A stretch of 64,000 bases of DNA from Candidatus Binatia bacterium. GTDB taxonomy: Bacteria > Desulfobacterota > Binatia > Bin18. The DNA is taken from assembly GCA_963664395.2 (NCBI GenBank), contig OY761159.2, positions 3,232,001-3,296,000 of the forward strand, in the 5' to 3' direction. Each line of letters begins with the position of its first letter. The stretch's first letter is position 1. Positions 51,154 through 61,382 of the stretch are shown one piece after another. Below the pieces are notes generated by a model. The model saw only the letters and a list, made by a program, of their open reading frames with translations. It ran no database searches and was not told the origin of the DNA. A program made the position numbers and the translations under genes.

Positions 51154-53250
51154 ATGTTCTTGATTAGCGTAATCGCGGCGTGTGTGTTGACGGCCAGTCA
51201 TGCCCTGGCGGTTGAATGGGAAGTCTGGTTGTCCGACCAATCGAATAGTGCCGATATCAGCACCGGGAATCCCACCGGAACTTTTGGCAGCCGGATTCTC
51301 ATCTACGAAGGCCGCGACATCATGATGGCGCAGCCCGGAACGTATGCTGAAGACCATGAGGAATTTGCGCCGGCTGTCATCGAAGCGGACGATGTCTTTC
51401 CACACGCGTTCTCAGAACTCGGCGCGAATGTCGAGCGTCTGCACGGCATGTTCCCGCATCCGTCACATCGATATATGAATGCGAACTTTTTTGGGCCGGG
51501 CGTTGGGCTGGTGGGCATTATCGATGCGGAGGGACAATGTACGCTGTCTGGCAACGGGTTCAAGCAATGTGGACCGATTCAAGGGGGACCGCGTGAGGCG
51601 GAGAAGTTGGCCAAAGCTCTCTTTCGGACCACTGGACCGGAAGGCTCCGCGCCCTCGAATCATATGTCTTATTTCAGTCTGGACGGCACTAAGCTGCTTG
51701 TGGCCAATCTTGGCGCAAAGCTGTTGGAACGCATTGATTATGATAAGGAGACCGGCACCTTCATTTTCAACAAAGCGGCCACGCTCGATTTGGTGGGGGG
51801 CCGAGACCTAACCGCTATGGAAGCGATGGCCGATTCCACCTTGCCCGCCGGGCAGGTGAGCGGGGAGTATACCAACTTCCAAACGATGGACACGCCAAGC
51901 GGCACACTCAAGGAAGGGCCGGGACGGCCCAATAACGTCCTGGTTTGCGCCCGACCCAGCAGCAACAATCAGCATGTGTATCTCACGCTCGGCGGTGGCG
52001 GACTGTTTGTGGTTGATATGACGACCGAACCGATGTCCATCGTTGCCGAATATACCAATGACGTCATCAACGGCGCCGGGTGTGGCGGCGATGAAGGGGG
52101 TGGCTTTATATATATCAACGCGGGTGTGTCCGCGAGTGCCGCCGGCGCGGATGACTCCGTGTTCATCATGTATCGGCTGCCGCTCGACTATCCTGATGGC
52201 GCCAGCCCTCTCACAACGCCTAATATGCCGCGGCCCGTGAAATTTTTGGAAGAGAAAACGCTGGGGATCACCTCTGAAGAGGATTTAGCCAATCGCCGTG
52301 ATGCCCACGGCATGATCATCTCACCCACCACCGGCCGATATCTCTATCAGGCTGATCGAATCCAAAACGTCATAGAAGTCTTCGATCTGGGCAAGATTAT
52401 CAACGATCCCGACGCAACGCTGGAAGAGCAGGCAGCAGCACATGCGGGAACCATCGACCTCACCGGGTCAGAATGGTGTGTCGGCGAAGGAGCGCCCTTT
52501 GTCAATCAGGATGATGAAGACTATGAATTCAACGACGATCCTGCCCCGGACTCCATTGATGTCTCTCCCGATGGCAGCAGGCTCATCGTCTCCTTCCGAG
52601 GTCCACATCCCGTCTCCGTGAAGCACGCGGCCTTGGGCAGTTGCGGTGGGTTCGGGGTGGTGACGCTCAACGGCGATGGATCAAATGGAACACTAAGCCA
52701 CGTGTTCCGCACCTTCCTATCTGACGAGACCGGCACCAAAAACCTGAGTGACATTCATATGACAGTCATACGGATCAAAGGCCCGAATGTCGTGCCCCCA
52801 TTCCATCACAGCGAACCGCCAGTGTCTACTGAGCCGCAGCCGGGAAGGTTGGAGAATCCGGGACCGATGTCATTTCAGAGCGGCATTGGGTTCATTCACG
52901 GCTGGGTCTGTGCAGCCGACGAAGTGACGATTGAGATCAACGGGCGGGCGCAACCTGCGGGCTATGGGATGGCACGGTTGGATACCAAACCCGTGTGTGG
53001 CGACACGTATAACGGCTTTGGGTTGTTGTTTAACTGGAATCTGCTGGGGGATGGGGAGCATATGGTGGTGGCCAAGGCGGATGGGGTAGAGATCGGCAGA
53101 TCGACAGTACAGGTGACAACGCTGGGGCAGGAGTTCCTGCCAGACGTAGTAGGCGCGTGTGAGCTGACAGACTTTCCGAGGGTAGGTGAAACGGTCACAC
53201 TGGAATGGTTAGAGGCCGTGCAGAATTTCGCGATTACCGAGAGGCGGTAA
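51154..53250 (+). CDS. Exported beta-propeller-like protein with 1x conserved C-terminal domain
   Basis: Signal peptide, SLDGTKLLVAN and DVSPDGSRL blade-like motifs, LENPGPMSFQSG..CGDTYNGFGLLFNWNLL. Confidence 0.8.
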   Translation: MFLISVIAACVLTASHALAVEWEVWLSDQSNSADISTGNPTGTFGSRILIYEGRDIMMAQPGTYAEDHEEFAPAVIEADDVFPHAFSELGANVERLHGMFPHPSHRYMNANFFGPGVGLVGIIDAEGQCTLSGNGFKQCGPIQGGPREAEKLAKALFRTTGPEGSAPSNHMSYFSLDGTKLLVANLGAKLLERIDYDKETGTFIFNKAATLDLVGGRDLTAMEAMADSTLPAGQVSGEYTNFQTMDTPSGTLKEGPGRPNNVLVCARPSSNNQHVYLTLGGGGLFVVDMTTEPMSIVAEYTNDVINGAGCGGDEGGGFIYINAGVSASAAGADDSVFIMYRLPLDYPDGASPLTTPNMPRPVKFLEEKTLGITSEEDLANRRDAHGMIISPTTGRYLYQADRIQNVIEVFDLGKIINDPDATLEEQAAAHAGTIDLTGSEWCVGEGAPFVNQDDEDYEFNDDPAPDSIDVSPDGSRLIVSFRGPHPVSVKHAALGSCGGFGVVTLNGDGSNGTLSHVFRTFLSDETGTKNLSDIHMTVIRIKGPNVVPPFHHSEPPVSTEPQPGRLENPGPMSFQSGIGFIHGWVCAADEVTIEINGRAQPAGYGMARLDTKPVCGDTYNGFGLLFNWNLLGDGEHMVVAKADGVEIGRSTVQVTTLGQEFLPDVVGACELTDFPRVGETVTLEWLEAVQNFAITERR

Positions 53251-53406
53251 TCATTGAAGAGGCGGGAAAATATAGGGTTCCCCGACCCCATCCCCGATCA
53301 CCCAGATTATGTGCTCCGGGTGTGTTTCAAGGCCCCTCTCCAGAGGCGGCGGCAGAGAGAATATACCTCTTCCTCTGCTGCCGCCCCCCCTCTCCCTGCG
53401 GTGACA

Positions 53407-53882
53407 TGAACAGGTTCTCTGAGATGCCCCTCTGGACGGGCATAATCACCATTCTGCGGCTGGCACGCCCATTCTCTCCATGCCCTGTCTCTCGCCATAA
53501 ACAACGTGCCTATGGCCGTGCGTACCGCCGATTACTCCAGGAGTCCGACCTGTGTATCCGTTGCAAGGAAACGAACCCGACCCCGCAGTTCTTGCGCTGT
53601 CCGTTGTGTCGAGCGCTTGCCAGCACGTCCGTCAAGCGCACTCGCACGCCGTCGCCCCCTGGTGCGTGTAAGTCCTGCCGCAATCCTGTCGATCGTGAGG
53701 GCTACAAGACGTGTGACCGGTGTATTAAACGGGAGACGGAGCGGAATCGGAAACGATGGAAACGGCGGGTGCGGGACGGATATTGCACGCGCTGTGGCGA
53801 CCGCAACCCGGAGTGCATGGATTTTAAGACGTGCCGGATCTGTCGCAAAAAGGCGAGGGAGCGGGAAGCCGCCCACCGGTAG
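53407..53882 (+). CDS. Cys-rich repeat (CxxC..CxxC x3) basic protein, start uncertain
   Basis: CIRC..CPLC, CKSC..CDRC, CTRC..CRIC. Confidence 0.55.
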
Positions 53883-54145
53883 GCTACGCGCGAGGGCACT
53901 AATATACTTGACTCAGCCATGGATTTAAATGGGCCCCGTAGACAGAGGTGGGAAAGAGCGATAACTGAGACTCATGTTTGGGGAAGTTGGACAGAGAGGT
54001 GAGAACATGACAAAAAAATCAAAAAAGTCAGACCATCAAGACGAACCATCCCTCGCTAAGTCTCTCAATTCTGGGCTACGGCTTAATCGGAGACTCAGCG
54101 CAACGCTCACAACTACACTTCTTGATAAAAGGGGAACTTCTACCC

Positions 54146-55006
54146 CTACGGCAAAGCTTCCTGTGTTCGGAGGTCGAAAGCTACACACATCTGACTAACC
54201 GCTGCTCTTAGTAGAGCCCCAAGATCATCACTCTTTCGGTATTTGGGGGAATTCAACGTTGCTACCCTGTGGGGGGTGACGAGTTTTTCCCATGCCTTTT
54301 TAGGAGAACCCTCTTTGGATGGATCAAATACCCCAAAGGCTTTTCCTCCGGCTCTCTGTATCAGGGAAAAGCACGGCACATCAGTAAGCCCATCGCCAAG
54401 GTAGATCATATTGCTCAATGGGATTCTGCGCTTATCCTCATCCATTTTTTCATTGACGGCATAGGGGCCAGAATTTTTTTTATGGGAGATCCCTTTGTTT
54501 ATCTGAAAGATGTATCTTGTCTTCTCGGTGAAAGTGATAATACGCTTAGGGTATTGGACAATATCATTTTCATCAGTGGCAAATTCACAACCCCACGAGC
54601 CGGTCAAATGGCTTGCAATCTTGCTGCCCCGGATTATTTCTTCGAGACCACCACTGATCACATAAAACTCGATACTAGGATTGGAAATGTCGTGCTCTTT
54701 GACTATTTTTCGTAGGTCAGCAAAAATGCCGGGAAGCCCAGGATAAAGTTTGAGAGTCTCTCCAAATTTTTTCAGGTCCCCGTTTGTTAATTCTCCCAGC
54801 GGCTTTCCTTGTCCGACATTTTGAATGATGAGGTGAAGGTATGCCAGTGTCGGGTCCCATCCTTGCTTAACCAGCTTCCCCGCTTGATTGCTCCAGAAGT
54901 TAGCGATATCGATACCGCCCCACTTCAAAAGTTGTGAAGTAGAATCGTCAGTCAGTGTATCGTCAAAATCAAAGATGACAGCGATAGTATTTTGAGATAT
55001 AGCCAT
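54146..55006 (-). CDS. HAD-superfamily hydrolase (low GC)
   Basis: DFDDTLT, VISGG, MIYLGDGLTDVPCF. Confidence 0.88.
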   Translation of the reverse strand: MAISQNTIAVIFDFDDTLTDDSTSQLLKWGGIDIANFWSNQAGKLVKQGWDPTLAYLHLIIQNVGQGKPLGELTNGDLKKFGETLKLYPGLPGIFADLRKIVKEHDISNPSIEFYVISGGLEEIIRGSKIASHLTGSWGCEFATDENDIVQYPKRIITFTEKTRYIFQINKGISHKKNSGPYAVNEKMDEDKRRIPLSNMIYLGDGLTDVPCFSLIQRAGGKAFGVFDPSKEGSPKKAWEKLVTPHRVATLNSPKYRKSDDLGALLRAAVSQMCVAFDLRTQEALP

Positions 55007-55057
55007 GATACTATTTTTCTTTAATCAGTAAGGTGAGACCAGACTCATCAACGCAAG

Positions 55058-55393
55058 CTAAAAATAAATATAGAGGCCAATTCCAACAATATGGACAGAG
55101 GTGCTCTCGGTATCATGGACGAGATGTACAGCCAAGTCAGGGAACTCAGAGTCTTCTGAAAATACAACTGTCCTCTGACATTCCACTCTACGATAGACCT
55201 TATCACTGAGAGCCCGCTCAATCTCCTCAAAAATATCAGAATCGAATTCTTGCTCTTGAATCAGGTTTCCTAGAAAAACTTCGACGCTGGGTTCCCATAC
55301 GATTGTTGGAGCATATGGCCCCTCCTCTTGCTCCATCCGTCCACAGATCCTCATCGGGCACACCTCCAGTGTTAAGGTCTGCCCGGATCGCAC
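55058..55393 (-). CDS. Hypothetical protein (low GC)
   Basis: Open frame upstream of and co-directional with the HAD gene; no motif. Confidence 0.35.
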   Translation of the reverse strand: MRSGQTLTLEVCPMRICGRMEQEEGPYAPTIVWEPSVEVFLGNLIQEQEFDSDIFEEIERALSDKVYRRVECQRTVVFSEDSEFPDLAVHLVHDTESTSVHIVGIGLYIYF

Positions 55394-55512
55394 GATCTGG
55401 TTGATGGGAGGCGTAATTTACGGTGGGCTAAGTCTGCTTAGGTTGCCTACATCGGGCTCCCAAATGCTGAAAGGTGGCCACCTTTCAGCGTTAAAATTGC
55501 CGTTAGTGCCTA

Positions 55513-56381
55513 GGGCCTGTCATCAGTTAATAAGAACCCTTGGGGTTTTCCTCCCCTGATGCGCTATACTTCTCGCGGTAGCCATAGCGAGGAGGGTTCT
55601 CAGCATGACGAAGCGGTATGCCCTACGGGATGACCAGTGGGAGCGGATTCGGGATCTCTTGCCAGGGCGAGAGGGCCATGTGGGGGGCACGGCGAAGGAT
55701 AACCGCCGGTTTGTGGAAGCGGTACTGTACCGCTATCGTGCCGGCATTCCCTGGCGTGACCTCCCCCTGCGGTTTGGGGATTTCCGCGTGGTTCATACGC
55801 GGCATATGCGCTGGAGTACGAGCGGGGTGTGGGAGAAGGTGTTCAGGCACCTCGCGGCCGACGCCGACAACGAATACGCCATGATCGCTGCCACGATTAT
55901 CCGGGCCCATCAACACGCTGCCGGGGCAAAAGGGGGGACCAAGAGACAGAATGCCTTGGCCGCTCCCGAGGGGGCTTGAGTACCAAACTCCATGCGACCT
56001 GTGATGCCCTGGGCAATCCGACCAGCTTCCATCTCACGCCGGGCCACGCCTCGGACCTCGCTGGCGCGGATGCGCTGCTCCCCGATTTGGTGAAGCACAT
56101 CCAGGCCTTGCTCGCGGATACCGCGTATGATGCCCAGGAGCGCGTCCTTGACGTGTTGGAGAAGGCGGAGGTGACGATTGTTATTCCCCCCAAAACGAAT
56201 CGACGCCAGCCACGCCCCTATGATACGCACCTCTATCAGGCACGCCATCTGATTGAAAACTTCTTCGCTAAACTGAAACAATATCGTGCGCTTGCCACCC
56301 GCTATGACAAACGCGCTGTCAGCTTTCTGGGAGCTATCTATCTAGCCGCCTCGGTGATCCTCCTTAACTGATGACACCCCC
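55513..56381 (+). mobile_element. IS5-family insertion sequence (IS427-like, two-ORF frameshift transposase 55605-56371)
   Basis: Ends CTAGGGCCTGTCATCAGTTAA / TTAACTGATGACACCCCCTAG (19/21 inverted match, CTAG at both ends); WRDLP, GRSRGGLSTKLH, RHLIENFFAKLKQYRALATRYDK; slippery AAAAGGGGGG at ~55928. Confidence 0.93.
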
Positions 56382-56403
56382 TAGGCTGTAGCCGTTCCGT
56401 TCT

Positions 56404-56480
56404 CGTCATGCCGGACGTGATCCGGCATCCAGCGGGCGGCGGGGCGGGGAGGCTAGATTCCCGCTTGCGCGGGAATGACG
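56404..56480. repeat. REP-like double-hairpin element
   Basis: CGTCATGCCGGA-CGTGA-TCCGGCAT ... ATTCCC-N8-GGGAATGACG. Confidence 0.75.
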
Positions 56481-56622
56481 GTAGGGGCTGGCTGGCTATA
56501 TGGAATCGTGAATTGCTCTAAGAGACTCGGTTTGTTCAGAGATTGCTTGAGGACAAAGAATGCTGTTGCCGGTGCACTCAGTTTCGACTTGATGTGCAAG
56601 TTTGGGAGTCGGAATATCTCAT

Positions 56623-56752
56623 CCCCTCTTGGGAGGGGTGCCGCAACGCGGCGGGGTGGGTTTCAGTCGGTTGAGTAGGCTGCGTCAGGGCGGGGAGGGC
56701 TAGGCCAGAGGAACCCACCCCGGCCCTTCGGGCCACCTCTCCAAGGAGGGGA
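56623..56752. repeat. Inverted pair of a REP-like repeat (also at 61166-61258)
   Basis: CCCCTC..GGAGGGGTGCCGC..GCGGCGGGGTGGGTT and its inverse AACCCACCCCGGCC..GGCCACC..GGAGGGG. Confidence 0.75.
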
Positions 56753-56815
56753 GTGGGTATAAAAGGCTTTTGTCCGGCTCGGCAAAGTGCTATGGCGGCA
56801 GGGGAGGAGGACCCT

Positions 56816-58282
56816 ATGCCAACATCAAAATCTGCTGCAATCCACGCTAAGCTGGATCATCCGGTCATTGATTCAGACGGCCATATGATCGAATTTGAAC
56901 CCGGCTTTCTCGACTATCTCAAGCGAGAGGGCGGCGCCTCTATGGTCAAACGCTTTCTCTCGCCCGAGCGCAACTCCGGGGGCTGGGGCCGCCTGTTCCG
57001 CTGGTATGGGCTGTCGCCCGAAGAACGGCTGGACCAACGCGCGACGCGCTCGCCGTGGTGGCCGTTGCCGACCAAGAACACCCTGGATCGTGCAACCGCC
57101 ATGCTGCCCAAGCTGCTGTCCGAACGGATGGACTCTATTGGCCTGGACTTTACGGTTCTCTATCCGACGCTGGGCCTACAGTTCCCGCATATTGAAAACA
57201 CCGAAATACGCCGGGCAAGCTGCCGCGCGCTGAATACCTTTCATGCCGAGTATTTCCGCGAGTATGCCAGCCGGATGACCCCGGCGGCCGCCATTCCCAT
57301 GCACACCCCGCAGGAGGCCATTGAAGAGCTTGAGTTTGTGGTCAATGAACTCGGTCTCAAGGCGGTGATGATGGCTGGGCATGTGCAGCGTCCCATTCCG
57401 GTTGTCGAACGCGCCGCCCCGGAGGTTGCCGAGCATGCGTTTTGGCTGGACACCTTCTGTTTGGACAGCGCCTATGACTACGACCCGGTCTGGGCGCGCT
57501 GTGTGGAGCTGAAGATCGCGCCGACCTTTCACTCGCCGGCCATGGGCTGGGGCAGCCGGACTTCCATCTCGAACTATATGTATAACCACATCGGACATTT
57601 TGCCGCTTCGGGCGAGGCGCTGTGTAAAGCCATGTTCATGAGTGGCGTTACGCGGCGATTTCCGACGCTCAAGTTCGGCTTCCTGGAAAGTGGGGTCGGC
57701 TGGGCGTGTAATCTGTACGCCGATATGATCGGCCACTGGGAGAAGCGCAACGGCAAAAAGATGGACAATTACGATCCGGCCAATCTGAACCCCGAGCAAT
57801 TGCTCGACCTGTATCAACGCTACGGCGGCAAATGGGCCGAGGAGTATCCTGGCCGTCTGATCGATGAAAAAAACTTGATGGGCGGGACGCGGGAAGATCG
57901 GAACACGCTGGATGACTGGGCGCGCTGCGGGATTGAAACAGCCGAAGACATCAAAGACCTGTTTGTCCACAATTTCTATTTCGGTTGTGAAGCCGACGAT
58001 CCCATGAATGCCATCGCGTTCAATGCCGGGCTGAATCCGTTTGGTGCTCGCCTCAAGGCTATTTTCAGTTCGGATATCGGCCACTGGGACGTACCTGACA
58101 TGGAAGAAGTCCTGGAAGAAGCGCATGAAATGGTCGAGCACGAATTGATCACCGCAGATGACTTTCGGGATTTTGTCTTTACCAATCCGACCACGCTGTG
58201 GACGGGGACTAATCCTGACTTTTTCAAAGGCACGGTGGTGGAGGCGGCGGTGGACAAATTGCTGGCTCAAGCGGCCGCGTAA
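56816..58282 (+). CDS. Amidohydrolase family protein
   Basis: IDSDGH, YPTLG, YDPVW, PTFH, FLESGVGW, SSDIGHWD. Confidence 0.9.
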   Translation: MPTSKSAAIHAKLDHPVIDSDGHMIEFEPGFLDYLKREGGASMVKRFLSPERNSGGWGRLFRWYGLSPEERLDQRATRSPWWPLPTKNTLDRATAMLPKLLSERMDSIGLDFTVLYPTLGLQFPHIENTEIRRASCRALNTFHAEYFREYASRMTPAAAIPMHTPQEAIEELEFVVNELGLKAVMMAGHVQRPIPVVERAAPEVAEHAFWLDTFCLDSAYDYDPVWARCVELKIAPTFHSPAMGWGSRTSISNYMYNHIGHFAASGEALCKAMFMSGVTRRFPTLKFGFLESGVGWACNLYADMIGHWEKRNGKKMDNYDPANLNPEQLLDLYQRYGGKWAEEYPGRLIDEKNLMGGTREDRNTLDDWARCGIETAEDIKDLFVHNFYFGCEADDPMNAIAFNAGLNPFGARLKAIFSSDIGHWDVPDMEEVLEEAHEMVEHELITADDFRDFVFTNPTTLWTGTNPDFFKGTVVEAAVDKLLAQAAA

Positions 58283-58307
58283 CTGCGCGGGATAATAGAG
58301 GAGCACC

Positions 58308-59996
58308 ATGGCCTACGAGCTGTTGATCAAAAACGGAACCGTTGTGGATGGTACGGGCGCGGCCCGCTATCAGGCCGATATCGGAGTGGCGCAGGGCCGG
58401 ATCGTCGAAATTGCGCCAACCGGAACGCTCAATGGGAGCGCTACCCGCGTTATTGACGCGTCCGACCTGATTGTCGCACCCGGCTTTATTGACCCTCACA
58501 CCCACTACGACGCCCAGGTCTGCTGGGACCCGCTGATTTCCTGTTCTTCGTGGAACGGGGTGACGAGTGTGGTGATGGGAAATTGCGGGGTAGGGCTTGC
58601 GCCGTGTCTACCCGAGAAGCGGGAAGTGCTGGCCTGGGATTTGGTCAATGTGGAGGGGATGTCCTTTGAGGTGCTGTCACAGGGCGTGACCTGGGAGTGG
58701 GAGAGCCTGGCGGATTTCATGGCCGCTCCGTTCCGGACGGGGATGGGTATCAATCTCGGTTTTTTGGTGCCGCTGTCGCCGATTCGATCCTACGTCATTG
58801 GGGAAGCCGCTCAGGAACGCGCCGCAACGCCTGAAGAGACCCTGCGGATTGCGACCCTCCTGCGAGAGGGCGTCCAGGCCGGGGCGCTCGGCTTTTCCAC
58901 CACCGTGGCCACGCAACACGTGGGCTTCAAGGGCCGCCCCCTGGCGTGTCGCCTCGCTAGTCGGGACGAACTGCGGGCGTATGCTCGGGTGCTGCGCGAC
59001 CTCGGGCGAGGTACGATTGAGGTGAACCTGGGTGGTGCCGGGTCATCCATCTTGCCCTCAGGCAGTCCCGAGCTGATTGATTTCCTGCTGGTCGAAAGCC
59101 AGCGTCCGGTCACCTGGCTGTCGGTGCAAACGCGCAGCGACCAGCCGACCGCCCACCGCGAACTGCTGACCAACACCGATGGGCTGATTAAACGCGGAGG
59201 CATTCCCCAGGCGAGCTGCCAACCCACCGAGTTGCAGTTCAATCTGCGCAATCCTTTTATCCTGGGTGCGTATGACGTGTGTCACTCCTTGTTTAATTGC
59301 AGCGCTGAGGAACAGGCGCGCATCTATGCCGACCCGACATTCCGGGCGGAATTCCGGGCGGCGTGCGCGGCAACGCCCAAAGCCTTCAGCGGCCAGTGGC
59401 AGCAGACGCAGGTGTGTAAGGTTGGCAAACCTGCGCATCAGGCCTGGCTGGGGAAAAGCATTGCGGAGTTGAGTCAGCAGGCCGGCACGGAACCCTTTGA
59501 CACCTTTTTCGATCTGGCCCTGGCCGACGATTTGGCGACCGAGTTCTCCCTGGCCATGCTGAATTTTGATCTCGACCTGGTTGAGGAAGTCATTACGGAC
59601 CCACGCGTGTTGATCGGCCTGTCGGACGGCGGGGCGCATGTCGATATGCTGTGTAACGCCGGCTATCCGACCTATCTGCTCGGCACCTGGGTGCGCAGGC
59701 GTCAGGCCATGAGTCTGGAACGAGCGGTGCAGCGCATCACCTCCGAACCGGCCCGGTTTTTTGGGGTGTTGGATCGAGGTGTGATTACAACAGGCAAAGC
59801 CGCGGACTTGGTGGTCTTCGATCCCGACACGGTTGATGCCGGCGAAAAAGTGATGCTGAACGATCTGCCGGGGGGAGAGCGCCGCTTCGTGCAACGCGCC
59901 GAGGGCATACACGCTGTCGTCGTGAACGGGGAGATCGTGCTCACTCATGGTGAGCACTCCGGAGCCCTGCCGGGGCAGATGGTGCGCGCGGGTTGA
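58308..59996 (+). CDS. N-acyl-D-amino-acid deacylase family amidohydrolase
   Basis: PGFIDPHTHYD, GVTSVVMGNCG, LSDGGAH, ADLVVFDP. Confidence 0.92.
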   Translation: MAYELLIKNGTVVDGTGAARYQADIGVAQGRIVEIAPTGTLNGSATRVIDASDLIVAPGFIDPHTHYDAQVCWDPLISCSSWNGVTSVVMGNCGVGLAPCLPEKREVLAWDLVNVEGMSFEVLSQGVTWEWESLADFMAAPFRTGMGINLGFLVPLSPIRSYVIGEAAQERAATPEETLRIATLLREGVQAGALGFSTTVATQHVGFKGRPLACRLASRDELRAYARVLRDLGRGTIEVNLGGAGSSILPSGSPELIDFLLVESQRPVTWLSVQTRSDQPTAHRELLTNTDGLIKRGGIPQASCQPTELQFNLRNPFILGAYDVCHSLFNCSAEEQARIYADPTFRAEFRAACAATPKAFSGQWQQTQVCKVGKPAHQAWLGKSIAELSQQAGTEPFDTFFDLALADDLATEFSLAMLNFDLDLVEEVITDPRVLIGLSDGGAHVDMLCNAGYPTYLLGTWVRRRQAMSLERAVQRITSEPARFFGVLDRGVITTGKAADLVVFDPDTVDAGEKVMLNDLPGGERRFVQRAEGIHAVVVNGEIVLTHGEHSGALPGQMVRAG

Positions 59997-60068
59997 GAAT
60001 ACCCCTTTTTCCCCTCGCCCTTTTAGGGAGAGGGCCAGGGTGAGGGTCGTTGAAGAAAAGGAGGGGGC

Positions 60069-61133
60069 ATGAAATTCGCTATTCTCTACAATACCGACTA
60101 TTACCCTGACGTCCACGGCTCGGCTGAGCAGTATTACAACCAGATTCTGGAACAGGTCGAACTGGAAGAAGAACTCGGCTTTGACGCGGTCTGGTTTGGC
60201 GAGCACCACTACTCGGGCTATTCGTTCGGGTCGCCGCCTGTCATCGCCATGGCGGCCGCCGGCCGGACCAAACGTATTCGACTCGGGACCGGCATCTCCC
60301 TGGTGCCGCTTAATAACCCTATCCGGCTGGCCGAAGAGTATGCCATGCTGGATGTGCTCTCCGGTGGCCGCCTGGAGTACGGCATCGGCAGAGGCTTTCT
60401 CAAATACTCGCATAAAATTTTTGGGGTGGACGAAGCGGAAAATACCGAGCGCTATCACGAGGGGACGGATATTATCTGTAAAGCCTGGACGAGCGCGCAG
60501 CCCTTCTCGTATCGCGGCAAATTCTGGGAACTCGAAGACTACACATTTTTTCCCAGCCCCCTGCAAAAGCCCCATCCGCCCATCTATGCTTCAGGGGCGA
60601 TTACGCCCGAGAGCTACCAATGGGCCGGTCAGCGCGGCTTTCATCTGGCGACCGCCTTTTTTTTACCCAACCAAGAGCATGTCCAAGAGTGCATAGGCCT
60701 CTACCGGCAGGCGCTCCGGGAAAACGGCCATGAGCCGGCAGACCGTGATGTCGCCGGCGTGTATCAGATGTATTGCGGTGAATCGAACGCAGAAGCCCGG
60801 CGCAACGGCGGTCAGCATGCGCTGACGTATTACGCCTTCTTTGGGGCCTTGGCCCAGCGCGGCGCCTTAACCTCTCAGTCGTTTGCCTACCACAAAGGAA
60901 CGATTTCGCATCTCTTTGCCGGGCTGACCTTCGAGGATATGGACAAGCGCAACCTGGTCCTGGTAGGTGATCCTGAGAATCTGATTGAGCGTATCCGCTG
61001 GGCCAAAGAGTTTTACGGTACGAACTATTTGATTCTTGAAATCGCCCAAGGCGGCATGAAGCACGAACATGTCGTGCCCTCGCTGGAACGCTTTGCCAAA
61101 TATGTCATGCCCGCGTTTCGGGATGCAGCATGA
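60069..61133 (+). CDS. LLM-class flavin-dependent oxidoreductase
   Basis: EELGFDAVWFGEHH, NPIRLAEEYAMLDVLSGGRLEYGIGRG. Confidence 0.93.
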   Translation: MKFAILYNTDYYPDVHGSAEQYYNQILEQVELEEELGFDAVWFGEHHYSGYSFGSPPVIAMAAAGRTKRIRLGTGISLVPLNNPIRLAEEYAMLDVLSGGRLEYGIGRGFLKYSHKIFGVDEAENTERYHEGTDIICKAWTSAQPFSYRGKFWELEDYTFFPSPLQKPHPPIYASGAITPESYQWAGQRGFHLATAFFLPNQEHVQECIGLYRQALRENGHEPADRDVAGVYQMYCGESNAEARRNGGQHALTYYAFFGALAQRGALTSQSFAYHKGTISHLFAGLTFEDMDKRNLVLVGDPENLIERIRWAKEFYGTNYLILEIAQGGMKHEHVVPSLERFAKYVMPAFRDAA

Positions 61134-61165
61134 GGTGTCCCCTCCTGGGACGTGTGATGCAAGAA

Positions 61166-61258
61166 GGAACCCACCCCGGCCTTCGGCCACCCCTCCGAGG
61201 AGGGGATGAATGCAGCTCCCCTCCTCGGAGGGGTGCCGCGTAGCGGCGGGGTGGGTTT
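61166..61258. repeat. Inverted pair of a REP-like repeat (same family as 56623-56752)
   Basis: GGAACCCACCCCGGCCTTCGGCCACCCCTCCGAGGAGGGG..CCCCTCCTCGGAGGGGTGCCGCGTAGCGGCGGGGTGGGTT. Confidence 0.78.
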
Positions 61259-61382
61259 CCCTGCTGCCCATCTCTTGCCATATACCCCTAAAATATGAAA
61301 AAGTCGGCGTGACCGCTCGCTGCCGGTAGTAGGCAGGAGCAAATCTCAAAAAGTAGAAACGAGGAAAAAGGGAGGACTGCAT

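Noticed and set aside
60010-60046. CCCCTCGCCCTTTTAGGGAGAGGGCCAGGGTGAGGG as an ncRNA
   Set aside because: Looks like a single common REP-type intergenic hairpin; no support for an RNA gene
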